A DNA stretch of 63,976 nucleotides, filler included, from Dugesia japonica (taxonomy: Eukaryota), in NCBI GenBank assembly GCA_001938525.1. It is 6 parts of 6 records of this genome, joined end to end, with 100 filler letters (N's around TTAATTAATTAA, not from the genome) between each part and the next. Parts side by side here need not be neighbours in the genome. Positions count along the whole stretch, not along the records: positions 25,282 to 33,911 come from MQRL01337627.1; positions 34,012 to 42,343 come from MQRL01513596.1; 4 more parts are not named here. One strand, 5' to 3'. Each line of letters starts with the position of its first letter. Position 1 is the first letter of the stretch. Below are positions 25,282-39,630 of this stretch, in pieces. The translations under genes and the position numbers were made by a program. The notes beneath the pieces were generated by a model. The model was not told where the DNA came from and searched no databases. It saw only the letters and a program-made list of their open reading frames with translations.

Positions 25282-27976
25282 TTCTATAACTTTTTTTGCT
25301 TTCATTCGTAAATTTATATCATATGCATCAGATAATGGAATAAATCTTTCTCCAAAACTATTATTATAAGCAAAAAATTAAAATTATTATGCTGAAAAAT
25401 ATACCTATTCTCATTATGGCCTACAAGTGGATTTAAGCCACATAATCCTGGAAAGTTGATGTGATCTTTGATTATCATCAAATCACCAACTTTATAAGAA
25501 GGATTCAGCCCACCAGCAGCATTAGTAAGTAATAAATATTTCACTCCAATCAAATGCATCACTCTCATTGGTATTGTGCACTTTAGTTAATTGAATTACT
25601 CTTTTTAATTAAACAATATTTTAAGTCTTACAGTTTGAGTAGTATAGCCTTCATAAGGATGAAATCTCCCTTGCATAAGCACCACTTCTTTATCTCTTAA
25701 GTTTCCAAAAATCAAATTTCCTGCATGCCCAGTAACTATAAAAAGTAAATTCATTGTAATATATTTTAAAGCTCCTTTCATTGTTTCGACATTGAATAGA
25801 TAACTTTTGTGATATTATCGTTTGTATGTATGTTTTATTGTATTTTATTTGTTTTTTCTTATGTTTACGTTGAATGCTGTTTACGTTTTCTTGCTATCGA
25901 ATTAAGTAACTGAGAATGTGACTATTAGTGCTAGTTGTTGTGTTTTTTGAGACTCAAAATATAAATGACGTAATATTCCCAGAACAAAAATAAATAAAAA
26001 TAATTGACTGTGAATGTGGAAAACAACTTCACCAACACACGCCACACTATCATAGGTCAGATGAAGAAATTGCTAAATATGTATCCGGAATAGTTATTGC
26101 AATCTAATCTAGTCTAATTTTATCTAATCTAGAAAATCTATCGAATTTTAATAATGAAGAACTTAATATTCACTACAATGTTTATTTTACAATTGCAATT
26201 ATTGCGAGAATAATTGTTGGACTTAACCATTGATCGTTTTATAGAATTCATTTAATATAAAAGCTTAAATCAAAATTTAAATTTTGATCTAAGCTTTTAT
26301 ATTAAATGAATACAATGTTTATAATTGTATTTTAAAGATGAATAAAATAGAGATATAATATCTACAGAATTATTTAATGAATAAATTTATTTTGAAGACG
26401 CATTTCTCTCCGAATTAAATACATTGAAGACACATCTGATTACTTATATTTATAAAAATTAATTTTGAATCCTTGTGGGTTAACTTAAGTATTTTATTAA
26501 CATAACTGATAAAAGTTGCAAACATGGAGCAGTATTTATCGCAGTTGAAAATCGAAAAACTTAATCGTTAAAGGAAAACAATCAAAATTTCATTAATTGC
26601 AAGCGAAAATGACATTTGCGATAAGATTAACGGAAAATAATAACTGATTTAGAATGATAGAACAATGATTGCAAAGTTGTAACATGCTATGATAACATTG
26701 TCAAACCAGAAAGTGCAGTAACAATTTTGATTTGATTCATAATTATAAATAATTATATAAAATATTTTAAATATTATAAACATAATTGGTTATTACCTTT
26801 TGTCTTTTAGTTGTTGCTAATATTTTTATGTTACTTCTATGTTGTGTACTTTTATATTTTGGAATTTTACGATAAATTATTCATTTGTGTTTTGCACATA
26901 TCTATGTATCTAAAACAATTTGCATAATGTATAAAAAGTTTTATTTTCTTTATATCTTACGAGCAAAATGTTACAATCATGCAGTTTTAAAATGTAAAAA
27001 AAATTCGTTAGGTTTATGCAATATTTTACGGATCTACTAAAAACAACGCCTCCAAATTTACACTATTTAAAACTAATCAAAGTTTTAATTAGATCCTTTT
27101 TTACAACGTAAATTTGGAAGGGTCCAGATTTTGAAGTTTGGTTAGAAAAACTATAGAAGGTAGCACCGATACTTCATGTCAACATAATTCATTTTAACAG
27201 TCCAAACGTTACTTCTAGGTATTCAAAAATATGATACTTAATACCGTATAAATAATAAACATTTAAAAATAAATTTGAAATATACACATCATATGTTATT
27301 CCGTCATCTGTATTCAGATAAAACATGTCATTCCTTCTATTATACGCAATAAAACAAGGTAGCATAATAANNNNNNNNNNNNNNNNNNNNNNNNNNNNNN
27401 NNNNNNNNNNNNNNNNNNNNNNNNNNNNNNNNNNNNNNNNNNNNNNNNNNNNNNNNNNNNNNNNNNNNNNNNNNNNNNNNNNNNNNNNNNNNNNNNNNNN
27501 NNNNNNNNNNNNNNNNNNNNNNNNNNNNNNNNNNNNNNNNNNNNNNNNNNNNNNNNNNNNNNNNNNNNNNAATAAATAGCAATAATAAATAAATAACAAA
27601 CGATGTATTCAATAAAGAAACAGTACTATTATATTTAATAAAAATTTACTATAATTTTCTATTAACAATTTACCATTGTATAATAATATTAATATAAATC
27701 AATATAAATGTGACTATTAAAAATAGTTTTTAAATTTTAATTATCTAATTTGTTTTTATTCATATACACATTATTTAAAACATCGTAAATACAATTTTAT
27801 TAACCTGTACTCTTAGGAAATCCATCTATTTCAGAATAAGGAATTATTTGAGAATTTTTAAGAATGTCTGCTAATCCACCCAAACCAGAACCACAAATTA
27901 TAGCAATTCTAGGTCGAAATTTAGTTTTATTATTAATAAATGAAGCTATTTCGTTTAGTTTTTCAAATGAAACCAT
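25282..27976 (-). CDS. PNP: Purine nucleoside phosphorylase (trimeric type), partial: exons 27976-27805, 25735-25632, 25580-25405, 25357-25282 (runs into gap)
   Basis: Spliced translation MVSFEKL...[14 protein letters not shown]...[14 protein letters not shown]|[10 protein letters not shown]...[11 protein letters not shown]|[13 protein letters not shown]...TNAAGGLN...DHIN.PG..G.NPLVG.NE.S|[13 protein letters not shown]. All introns are GT-AG with consistent phases. Confidence 0.97.
26246..26311. repeat. 66-bp near-perfect palindrome in PNP intron 1
   Basis: ATTCATTTAATATAAAAGCTTAAATCAAAATTT|AAATTTTGATCTAAGCTTTTATATTAAATGAAT, with one mismatch. Confidence 0.9.
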
Positions 27977-28609
27977 TTTAAATCTAAATTTTACAGTGAA
28001 ATTAAGTACAACAAATATCTGGTATAAATCAGGTATTAAATAAGCTGCATATATTTAGTAAAATATATTTCGTATAGGTGTTTAAATAGAGGCACAAAAA
28101 CCCAGAGGCGTATTGATTGCTTTAAACAAACATGATAAAAACTTTATTTTTAACAATTACAGCATATTTTTTCTTGTAAGTAGTGGAAAATTAATTTCTA
28201 AGAAAAGAATGAAATTTATTAAACTTTTCTATACATTATCATTTAGTGTCTTGCCACCTGGTACACTTCTTTAGAAAGTAGTCCTAAAAATACTTGGCGG
28301 TTGATCAGTCCAAATTAACTGCATCACAATAGTGTATTTTATATGACTTTGTTGATAAAGGCGGTGCACTTTTTTAAACTGTTAAATGTAATATCTTTCT
28401 GTTGTTAGATTTGAAATTTACATTAGAACAGTTTTAATAAGATGTTAAATGCTAATTTATAATTGTAGTATTACATTCAAAAAATAATTAATTAAATATA
28501 TTAAATATTTAATTAATTTTGTTTATATCCTTTATTTTATTGAAATATATACTTTTCAAATTACTTGGATTCCTTTGATTTCAATTATGTCATTCGAAAT
28601 TGATTACAA

Positions 28610-31600
28610 TGGTGTCAGAAGCAAAGAAGAAAATCACGTTCAGGTGAAAATACCAAATTATTTCCCAAATCCGATTCAAGTGTAGATTCAGCATTCGAAC
28701 TTTCCAACATTCAAATTTCCAAAACAAAGTATTTTCATCTGTTCACCAGTTTGGCTCCAGATATTTTGGAAATCGTGTCCAATAATTTGAATAAACAGTC
28801 CAATGATCCTTATAAAAATCTAAAGCAAGCCATATTAGCAAAAAAATCAATGTCAATGACTCAGGCAATCGATCGGCTGACAAATTCAAAAATGGAATAA
28901 TTATAAGCGTCCATCTCAAATTTTATCGGAGCTTACACATTGCTTCAATGTATGCAGCCTGGTGAAAATCCAGAAACGTCAAATCTTCCCAGACACAGAT
29001 TTATGCAGCTAGTGTCAATCAATATTCAACATCATTTGGTACAATGCCAAACTAAAACTCTGGATGAGTTAGACACGCTAGACGACTGTCATTTTGAAAT
29101 AGAGTCCATTCTCTCAACTCTATTATCAAAAATCATTAAGAAAAGAATTCAACTCAAGAAAATCTTAATTCCAGTAAAGCAAGAAGTAATCAGAATAATG
29201 ATAAAGATTTCAAAGAACTTTGTTTTTATCATAGAAAATTTTCGAAGTATGTTGTTAAATGCCAAGAATCGTGCTCTTGGTCCACAAGAAACTTTTCCGG
29301 AAAAGCCAACGGATCTCAGTAGAGCCTACAACTGAGATCCAAATCTAAACAAAGTCATCGCAATCTATTAACGCAATCTTCACAGTTCAGTTTGTCAGAG
29401 AAGGTAAAATATGAATTTTTAGGGAACTCAGGTGCTGACATTAGCATTGTTCCTAAACAGCTATTTCAGTCAGATAATACGAAAATCAGACATTCTTTAA
29501 ATTACGACCAACAATGGAGAAATAGAAGTTTATGGTGAGAAAAAATTAACAGTTTTCAGTCCAAGCATTCTAGGAACATTCACATGGCTATTTATGATTA
29601 ATGATGTACGCCGACCAAATTTCAGATTATTGGTAAATTGTCATAACAATTGCATTTTTAGGGCACAGAAGAATACTATGAACACGGAAAATCAAACTTG
29701 CCTAATAATAGAAACTTCCAGAGCACCAGTAAAGCAAAGAGTTCGCAGATTAGGAAGAATCATTCTCAGTCAAATAAAAAAAAAGTTCGATTGCATGCTC
29801 ACTCAGGATATTATTCAACCAAGTAACAGCAAATGGGCTTCTCCACTTGTAATTGTCAAAAAGAAAGATGGAACTTTTCGTCCATGTGGAGATTATCGAA
29901 TGCTTAATGCAATCACAAAACCAGACCGATACCAATTACCCAGAATGAGCGGCATTTTGGACAGAGTTACAGGTTGTTCATTTTTTTCTACTTTATATCT
30001 TTAGAAAGCGTATCATCAAATCTTAATCAATGAGGAGGGCTGACATAAAACAGCTATTCTAACTTTATTTGAATTATTTGAATAGAAAAGTATGCCATTT
30101 GGACTGAAAAATGCTTCACAAACATTCTAACGACACATCACAAATGTTTGCAAGACTGTTGCGCATTTACTTCAGTATATTTTGATGACAAATTAATTTA
30201 TTCGAAGAGCTCAGACGAGCATCAGAATCATATAAAGCTAATAAAGGAAGTTTTACGTAAGAACAATCTGCAGATTAACACAGAGAAATATCAGTTCAAC
30301 AAATCTGAGGTAGAATTCCTTGGTTTTACAATTTCTTCAAAAGGTGTAAAGTCAATACAATCCAAGATTGAAGCCATCAGCAATATGCATGTTCCAAAAA
30401 CATTCAAAGCGTGAAAAAGATTTATTGGAACAATGGCCTTTTATAAATGGATGATTCCAAACTTATTCTAAACAATGTCTCCATTCATGATTTAATCACA
30501 GGCTCAAGTAAAAACCGAGCTATTCAATGGTTACTAAGTCATGAAAAAGCATTTAGAATTTCTATAAAGAAACTTAACAAAACTTTTGATATGGCAACAC
30601 CAAACTACCTGAAAACATTTGTTTTATGTACTGATGCATCTAGTACGGCAATCGGTGGCAGTTTGAACCACAAAACAAATTACTGAAATTTGTGTCCTAT
30701 TTCATTTTTCTGAAGAAAGTTAAACCATGCAGAACAAAGATATTCAACATTTGAAACAGAACCTTGACTTTAATTCTCTTAATCAAGCATTTCAATCACT
30801 ACATCGCAGCAAATTGATTATCCGAACAGATCATAAGCCATTACTTTATATATTGCAGATGAAAAATCAATCTGCAATACAGTGGAGATGAACAAACTTT
30901 CTGAGTGAGTTTGATATGCAAATTCAGTATATCAAAGGTTCTGACAATATAGTAGCTGACTTTCTATCTAGGAAAGACACAAACGATGAAATATTAAAAG
31001 AAATTGAACATATTTCACTCAGACCTAGTCAAAAGCCAGAAAGACGATCAATATCTTAAAGATGTACAAAGTCACTCTCTGAAACTGAAAATATCTATGG
31101 AAGGTCTTCTGATTGACACTTTGAGGTCTAACTCGAGAATTGTTCTACCACGGTGTTTTTGTTTTAATGAATTTGAAAGACTCCATAATCTGTGTCATCA
31201 AGGATCAAATGCAACAATTAGACTATTGACAAGTCGTTATGTTTGGCCAGGTATGAAATTCCAAATTCCTAAATGGTGTAGATTTTGTCAGATATGTCAA
31301 GCTAATGAAATTACTAGGTACTCAAAATCTAGGGAAATTCAAAGTATTGCACATAGATTTGGTTGGTGCATTACCAATTCTTAAAAACAAAAGGTTTATA
31401 CTAATAATGATTGATCGTGATACTTCATGGACAGAAGTAGTGGCTCTGAATGAAATTACATCCGAACCTGCGCTAAAAACCTTAAATAAAGAATGGATAT
31501 CTCGCTTCGGAGTACCAGAGATAAAAGTAAGCGACAATGGTAGACAATTTATATCTGAAAGATTTAACGATTTCTGCCATTACTTTAGAATTGAACATAG

Positions 31601-31800
31601 GCATATAACACCATACCACCCACAGTGCAACGGAAAAATAGAAAGATTTCACAGGTCTCTAGAAAATGCTCTGATGACTCAAGGAACTAATGCTGAACGT
31701 AGTTGGTTAGAAAATCTTCCATTAACAATGTTAGGAATCCGTAAAGAGGCGGTATAAGATTCAGAACTGTCTCAGATCACATGGAATCACAAAAACGTTC
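28610..31800 (+). mobile_element. Ty3/Gypsy LTR retrotransposon, decayed gag-pol
   Basis: PBS TGGTGTCAGAAG after ...TTACA. Gag, protease (NSGADISIVP), RT (WASPLVIVKKKDG.FRPCGDYR.LN, YFDD), RNase H (TDAS), integrase (HHCC region, HIDLVG, SDNGRQF, PYHPQCNGKIERFHR). Confidence 0.95.
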
Positions 31801-32045
31801 ATGTGAAAAGGAATTGATAAATGTAAATTTGTATGGATCAAACATGAATTCAAAAGACCATTACAGCCAGTATATGGAAGCTTATATCTGGTAACTTTTA
31901 TTCATTTAATTTTATATTTTAAAAATCCTTAAATTTTAGTAATTTATTTTATAAATTATTTTTTCTTGATACAATTTTAAATAAACTTTTGATTTTAATA
32001 AATTCCATTTTCAAAAATAAAAAATTTAAATGTTTTTTTAAAAAA

Positions 32046-33095
32046 CTATCTTATATCCCCCTTTTTAAGAAATTCTTTGATTTTCTCTACGTTTCTTTCA
32101 AGACTTTTTCCGTTTGTATCTCGCAGAATGTAGTATCTGTCGTGAACTTTTGTCTTGATCTTATAGGGTCCTTCATAACGATTTTGGCTCTTGTTTCTTG
32201 TTCCAACTTTCACTAAGATTTCATTACCATCCTTGAATTGTCTTTTGGTCAATATCTCATTATCTTGATCTTTTTGCTCTTTTTGAGAATCAGTTTCGTA
32301 CCATTTTTCTCTGCTTACTCTCTTCCAAAATAAGATTTCAGCTGGGGTTTTCCCGATAGTTTTCTGTTTTGTAGCATTCAAGGTAAATTCTATCTCTGGC
32401 AATATATCAGCTTAATTTGAGGTTTTCCTTTTTTTAAGTATCACATTTATAATATCTCGCATTGTCCTAAATTGCCTCTCTATTCGACCATTTGTGTTAT
32501 GATGAAATGAACTTGAAAACCTGAGGGTAATTCCATGTTCAGCTGCGAAATCTTTCATTGATTTTGACTCAAATGCTCTTCCACAATCAACTCTAATTTC
32601 TCTTTGACACCCGAACTTTAATATCCACTTTTCCAATATTGCTCTCTGTATGGTATCTTCATCTTGTCTTGTTATTGCTATCAAGGCTACATACTTACTG
32701 CATTAATCTATTATACTGAGAACAGATTTTTTCGGCCTCTTATATCCGGCAGTGGTCCACAAACATCTTTAAATAACAGGTTCTATAAATAGGTCCTCTT
32801 CTTTCTATTCTTTCAACCAAGGATAGCGTTTCTTTTATATCTTCTACTTTCTCCAATTTTTGCATGATAATCTTTTCTTCTGCCTTTTTACTATCTGCAC
32901 AAATTATTAGCATTTTTTATAAGATTTTTTCTTTCGTCAGCTCTCCATATGCTGGAATTTATCGACCAAGTCTTCCACTTTTTTAAAGAACACATCAAGT
33001 TCTTCACCACTACGACGATAACTTACAAGATTCTGTAAATCTTTTATTATGTCTCTCTTGCTCTCAAAAGCTTATCGCAATCTCTCTCGATATAC
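32046..33095 (-). mobile_element. Ty3/Gypsy remnant (integrase C-half + gag piece), same family as 37176-38812
   Basis: WILKFGCQREIRVDCGRAFES...HHNTNGRIERQFRT, GPY motif, and PPT AAAAAGGGGGA at the ORF end. Confidence 0.9.
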
Positions 33096-33510
33096 AGTAG
33101 GGGGTTAGGTGGACACTGAATCGGAAGTGACGCAATCATCAAGGTGTGAATTTAATTTAATTGTGTGATAAAATTAATGAAGCGTGAGCGGTACTATTTG
33201 TAGTTAATTAAATTAATGATGTGTGAAGCAAGAGATTAATAAAATCATTAAAGCATAAACGGTTAGCCCAACAAAATATGACTATTGATGTATTTTATTA
33301 TACATACATATATATATATACAAGTGTCACTTCCGGATAAGTGTTTATTAAAAATAAAATTAATAAAGCTCTGGTTTCAAGATTAATTAAATCATTCAAG
33401 CATAAACGCTTAGCGCAACAAAATATGATTATCAATGCATAATAAAACATAAGTGACACTTTCGGATAAGTGTTTATTAAAAAATAAAAAATAATAAAGC
33501 TCTGGTTTCA
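33096..33510 (+). mobile_element. AGTAG-type terminus with subterminal direct duplication, abutting the Gypsy remnant
   Basis: AGTAGGGGGTTAGGTGGACACTG start; duplicated block AGATTAAT..AATCATT.AAGCATAAACG...GGATAAGTGTTTATTAAAAA...AGCTCTGGTTTCA at ~33232 and ~33380. Confidence 0.5.
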
Positions 33511-34152
33511 TACATAATTATCGAGTTCATGAAAATATCTTTTAGCGTTNNNNNNNNNNNNNNNNNNNNNNNNNNNNNNNNNNNNNNNNNNNNNNNNNNN
33601 NNNNNNNNNNNNNNNNNNNNNNNNNNNNNNNNNNNNNNNNNNNNNNNNNNNNNNNNNNNNNNNNNNNNNNNNNNNNNNNNNNNNNNNNNNNNNNNNNNNN
33701 NNNNNNNNNNNNNNNNNNNNNNNNNNNNNNNNNNNNNNNNNNNNNNNNNNNNNNNNNNNNNNNNNNNNNNNNNNNNNNNNNNNNNNNNNNNNNNNNNNNN
33801 NNNNNNNNNNNNNNNNNNNNNNNNNNNAATATCGATAAAGAATAATTTTATTTACAATATTCACAATATCACAATGTCAAAATTGTTCTCTTTCCTTCTT
33901 TTTGTTCATGTNNNNNNNNNNNNNNNNNNNNNNNNNNNNNNNNNNNNNNNNNNNNTTAATTAATTAANNNNNNNNNNNNNNNNNNNNNNNNNNNNNNNNN
34001 NNNNNNNNNNNGGTGTTCAGAGATAATAAATACAAAAGCAATACATAAAAATCTCTATTAAATCTACATGTTTATGTGATTCATTTTGTTTTAAAATAAA
34101 ACAGCATTTTTCTATTTTCTAGTCTACTTTATTATTACCAACAAAATTGTAA

Positions 34153-36028
34153 GGACAGTTAGTAAATCGTCCCTTATTTTAGTAAGTTTTCCCTAAATAT
34201 AGTATTATTTCCCTTAATTTAGTAAAGTTTTACTTATTTTAGTAATTTTTCCCATAATTTTAGTAAATTTTCCCTTAGTTTATTAAGATTTCCTTTATTT
34301 TAATAAACTAAACTAAGAAAAAATTTCTCTTTTTTTTAGTAAATTAAGGGAAATTTTACTAAATTTAGGGAAAAATTTCTAAAATAAGGGACAATTTACT
34401 AACTGTCCGTGAGTTTCGCCTTATTTGTGAAACTTTACAAACAATTAAGAAAATAAGATTATATTATATTATTTTACATAAAATATAATATATTGATCTT
34501 AACCATAAGTTAATATTATTAATAATTGTGATATTAACTTGAATAACAACGAACCTTTAATTTACGACAAAATATCTATTTTATTGAACTAAGAATATAT
34601 ACAAGTGTTAATAAATTAGACATGTAACACATTTTTCCAATTTTATTAATCCAACATTTTTAATTATTTTTTTTCTCCGTAATAATAAGACTCTGCATGA
34701 TTAGTTATGTTTTATGTCTTCCTAATCTTTTCATTTTAGTAATTGGCATATCGATTAACTCTAATCTATCTTCGATTCTTAAAAGATAAAAAACATGTTC
34801 ACATTGTTTCTCAAAAAATTTCAGTTACAAAATGCGTCGTCAATTGTTTTAATTTCATTTGCCAAAAACACAGTTGTATTCCATGGAAATATTTCTCCAG
34901 TCATTAAATGTTTTAACTCTAGTTGCTAATAAATTTAAATACTTTTGTTTTCTATTAACTACAACATTTTTATTCGTAAAAAAGTATTTTCCAAATGTTT
35001 AAAACCGTTAACTGTTCTAACGAAATTCACCACATTTACTTACGTTTTGTAACAATATTAAATTATAATCTGCATATAATGATTTTAGTGAAAGGGCCTT
35101 TCTATTGTATTTAATAAAAATATCATTAAAAACGTCTACAATTCGATACATAGAAACAATGTGTTGATTTAATAACATATCTTTTAATTTTCCATTGAAA
35201 AATTCGATACCATTATTAGTAGAAGGCGCATATGGAACAAATCCTTCATACCAGTTGTTATTATTATCTAATCTTAATCATTCAAAATCTCTTAGCAACA
35301 TTTTAGATTGGTCAAATTCTTCATATTTCTTTTTAAAAAGTTTCAATAAATATTAAAAAACCTTTTTCGAGTTTTTTGAAGCAAACAGAAATCCTTATAA
35401 ATACTCTGAGAAAGTTCTTTAATACCTGAAAGATCTCCTTTTATTAATTTACTTACATGAAATCTACAGTTAATATGTTCAGTCATGGAATACAACAATT
35501 TCAATTAACACTCAAAGACCTTCGCATTATCTGATATTAAGTAATCTAATTTAAAAGAAATCTTAAACTCTTCACAATTCTTTTCAAAAGATTTAAATAT
35601 TTGAATTAAAATTTCTTTAGTTTCATCAGACAGTAGAGCAACAAAAATGGGATGGAATCTTCGATTGTAGTCTGGCACTACAAAGATCAAACATGGAAAA
35701 TCCGGATATCTGAAGTATCTTTTTGCTTACATAGATGACAATTAAAACTTTTCTGTTAGGTAATCAACCTTAATCCAAAGCCGAAATTTTCTATTTGTCT
35801 TTTGATCTGGCATTGAGAATAAATAGTTTTTAAAATTCTGTTATTATTTGTAAATTTGTTAAGTTAAACAAAGTATTTTAAATCTAATAATAATATATAT
35901 CATTGTAAATAATTGAATTTTAATTTGTGTGATCACTATTAAAATAATTATAATTTTACTAAATTAAGGGAAAACTTACTAAGTTAAAGGAAAGTTTACT
36001 AAAATAAGGGAAAGTTTACGATTTATCC
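34153..36028 (-). mobile_element. Mutator-like (MULE) transposon remnant with ~21-bp subterminal repeats
   Basis: Transposase motifs LDYLISDNA, HINCRFH, APSTNNGIEFFNGKLK and a SWIM-like C-terminus. Arms of TTTAGTAAATTTTCCCTTA repeats at 34153-34310, inverted at 34340-34408 and 35955-36028. Confidence 0.8.
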
Positions 36029-37175
36029 TCCTATATTTTATTTTTTAATCTTATTGAAGAAAAAAAGAGAAACGTAGAAGGGTTTCCACAGTAACTAAAT
36101 TTCTGTAATAGCAATTTTATTAAAAATGTTTTGATGTTTTCCCTTAAGGAAATAAATGAGCCTAAAAAAGTTTCGTATAAATTACAAATTTATTTATTCT
36201 TTTAAAACTACTCAATTATTCTTATCGATCTCAAGTTTCTGAATTTCATGAAATCTATCATGCATAATATTCAAAAAAAAATACTTAGAGTTTTCACCGC
36301 ATTCAAATGCATAATTAATTATTACGTCATTATTAACATATTAATATTTACGTGTTTAGGTGGCACATTGTTCCTCGAGACTATTCATTCTTCAATGTCT
36401 TACCTAAACCTCTTGCTCATGTCAAGATCTTAGCATTTAGAAAATGTTGTTGAAACAAAGTAACACATTCACAAACCCTATAGTGGCGTATATTTTTACT
36501 TGTTTTGTATTGATTCAACATTTGTATTTTTGTTAAATCTTTTAGGTGTACAAATTTCATTAATAAATTATTAATTTTATAGGCAAATAAATTTTTACAA
36601 TATTTTCACAATTAAAAGAATTTAGGATTAAAGAAACCTTTGCATCAATTAACTTATTTTCATCATGTTTAAAAGTATCATGATTGGAAAGGCGATGAAT
36701 CGATTCAGTAACAAGCAACTGAATACCAATAAATAACATCAAATTCATAAGGGATAAAACATCAGTAAATTAAACAACTTATGAGTAAATAAATGGTGGT
36801 AAATGGGAACCTCCTCCGCTCCTGCTGACGCAATCACATAGAGTCTTTTGGTTTTTAACATACAGTTGATTACATTTATTTATTACAATTACATAACAGT
36901 TACACAATCGCTCACAGGAAAATTAAATAACCAATATTACATAATAATTACATCATCCAAAACGTATTCACTAGGGAATTCAATTTTTTTCATGGAAATT
37001 CCGCGGAAAATTCAATTTTTTAAATTTTATAAGAATAATTTTTGTTTTCATGTAAACATATATACCAGTCCACTAAAAATTTGTTTGGGATCAATTTTAG
37101 AATGAATGTGCGGACTAAGTAAATGGACTAATGAGAACGCTGGTTTGCATTAAAACAATATTAAATGCATAAAGT

Positions 37176-38812
37176 TTGTTGAATGTTTTTGGCTTAATAA
37201 TCGGAAAAATAAAAGGAGCGATGGTTTATCTAGATGATATTCTCATATTTACTCAAACAAAGGAGCAACATTATGAAATAATCAATAAAGTATTAACAGA
37301 AATTAAGAAGACTAGTCTTAGAGTTAATCCGGAGAAATTTCAATTCATGCGAAAGGTGATCAAATTTTTGGGACACGTTATCAGTAAAGAAGGTGTCAAA
37401 ACAGATCCAACTAAAATAGAAGCAATTAAGAACTTTGTTAAACCAAATTGCGTTAAGAAAATTTGCAATTACTATCGCAAGTTTATTAAAGATTATTCAA
37501 AGAAAGCTAGATTGCTGGAACAGCTGTATAGTGGGTCAAGTAACAAGAAAATTGAATGGGTAAATGAATTAAAAGAAGTTTTTAATGGATTGAAAGAAGC
37601 ACTTATAATGTCTCTAATATTATGTTTTCCAGATATAAATAGAAGATTTATTTTGGACACGGATGCGAGTTTCGATATAATTGGGGCAGTACTATCTTAA
37701 AAGGACAACAATGGGCAAGAAAAAGTAATTGCATATGGATCACACGCAATGATGAGTCATGAGAAAGGATATTATACTACGCGGAAAGAAGATCCCAAAA
37801 GTGGAAAATTAAAAACAAGAATGTTAAATACAGTAGATATTCAAGAAAAACAAGGCAATTTTTGTAAGAATGATGAAGGAACATGGATACCCGATGATGA
37901 AGTAGAAGAGGTTATAATGAGGATACATCATCTTTTGTGTCATGCTAGAGCAGAACAAGTAGCAGCGTATATGACATAAATATAACGCGAAACATTTGTG
38001 GAGCAAAGTACAAGAGGTTGTGCAAAGCCGTATAACATGCCAGAAAGCTAAAGTGTTGACAACCAAAACGAAGGAAAACACAAAAAAGACGCAGCCAGCC
38101 GAAATGTTTGAACTGTTATTTATAGATGTGCGTAAACCACTGCCAGAGACCAGAGGTCAAGAAAATATGTTCTCGTTATAATAGACTAATGCAGTAAGCA
38201 TATAGCCTTGATAGCGATGACAAGACAAGATGAAGATACCATACGGAAAGCAATATTGGAGAAGTAGATATTTAAGGTTGGGTGTCCGAGAGAAGTTTGA
38301 GTTGATTGTGGAAGAGCTTTTGAGTCTAAATCAATGAAAGATTTTGCAGCTGAACATGACATTACCCTCAGGTTTTCGAGTCCATATCATCATAACACAA
38401 ATGGGCAAATCAAGAGACAATTTAGAACTATGCGGGATCTCATTAATTTCATTAAAGAAAGGAAAACCTCAGATTGAGCAAATGTATTGCCAGAGATAGA
38501 ATTTACCATAAACGCTACAAAACAGAAACTATCGGAAAAAGCCCTGCTGAAATCGTATTTGGGAAGAGAATAAGTGGAGAAAAAAGGTATGAAACCAATA
38601 CTCATAGAGTGCACAAAGAACAAGGTGAAGAAATATTAATCAAAAGACAATTCGAGATCGATGATGAGGTCTTAGCGAAAGCTGAAACAAGAAACAAGAA
38701 CCAAGATCGTTATGAAGAAGATTCATGACAGACGTTAGATCCTGGAAGATAAAAACGGAAAAAGTCTTGAAAGAAACATAGAGAAGATCAAAAAATTTCT
38801 TAAAAAGAGGGA
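37176..38812 (+). mobile_element. Ty3/Gypsy pol remnant (RT-RNaseH-integrase) followed by PPT
   Basis: VYLDDILIF, KFLGHVIS, LDTDAS, HHLLCH..CQK, integrase core; AAAAGAGGGA|TGTGAG gives a putative 3' LTR start at 38813. Confidence 0.92.
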
Positions 38813-39169
38813 TGTGAGTATGTTTTAAGCAAGTTGAAATTTTTGTGTGGTTGATGATCGTTTTTCTTGAAATTTTTTTTGAAAAAGATTTAAATTTAAA
38901 TGCAAAATTAAATAACGAATAAGTAATTGTTTTTAAATTTTAGTAAGTAAACAGAAAATTTATTTTAAAAATCTTAATAAAAAATGAATGAATAATGAAT
39001 TTAAATAAATTTTAAAAAAATCTTAAGAAACGATCACCAATTTAAAACAGGAATTTAATTTGTTTAAAAACACAATTAGTGTTGTTATAGTTTTTTTATA
39101 ATAATAAATCGTTGTAATGAATTGGAATTCTGATGTTAATGATTCAATGAGTTTTCAAAACCCAACTAA

Positions 39170-39630
39170 CAATGTCCATTAGCTTACTGCATTTACTAGT
39201 TTACTGTGTCTATAAGCTTACTTTGTTCATTAACATACTGGGTCTCTTAGCCCAGTGTCACCATCGGCTTACCATACCTATAAGCTTACTGTTTTTATTG
39301 TTTATTGTATCTACTAGCTTACTGTGTCCTTTAGTTTTCCAAGTCTATTTGCTTATGTGTCTATTTTCTTACTGTACTAATTGGTATGCTATCTACCAAC
39401 AACTTATTACGTCCATTGGTTTACCATATCTATTAGCTCATTTTGTCAATTGTTTAACTATGTTTAATGGCTTACTATACTCATTGATTTACTGTGTCTT
39501 TTAGTTCATGGCGTCTAATAGTCTACTGTGTCTATTGGCTTACTGTACCTTTCAGCTTGCTTTATTTAGTAGCTTACAGTAACCAATAGCTTACTTTGAT
39601 CTAATGTGCCGATTAGCTTACTGTAACTGG
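39170..39630. repeat. Degenerate ~20-nt minisatellite (AGCTTACTGTGTC-like)
   Basis: Repeated GCTTACTGT units; explains spurious ORF 39172-39504. Confidence 0.7.
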
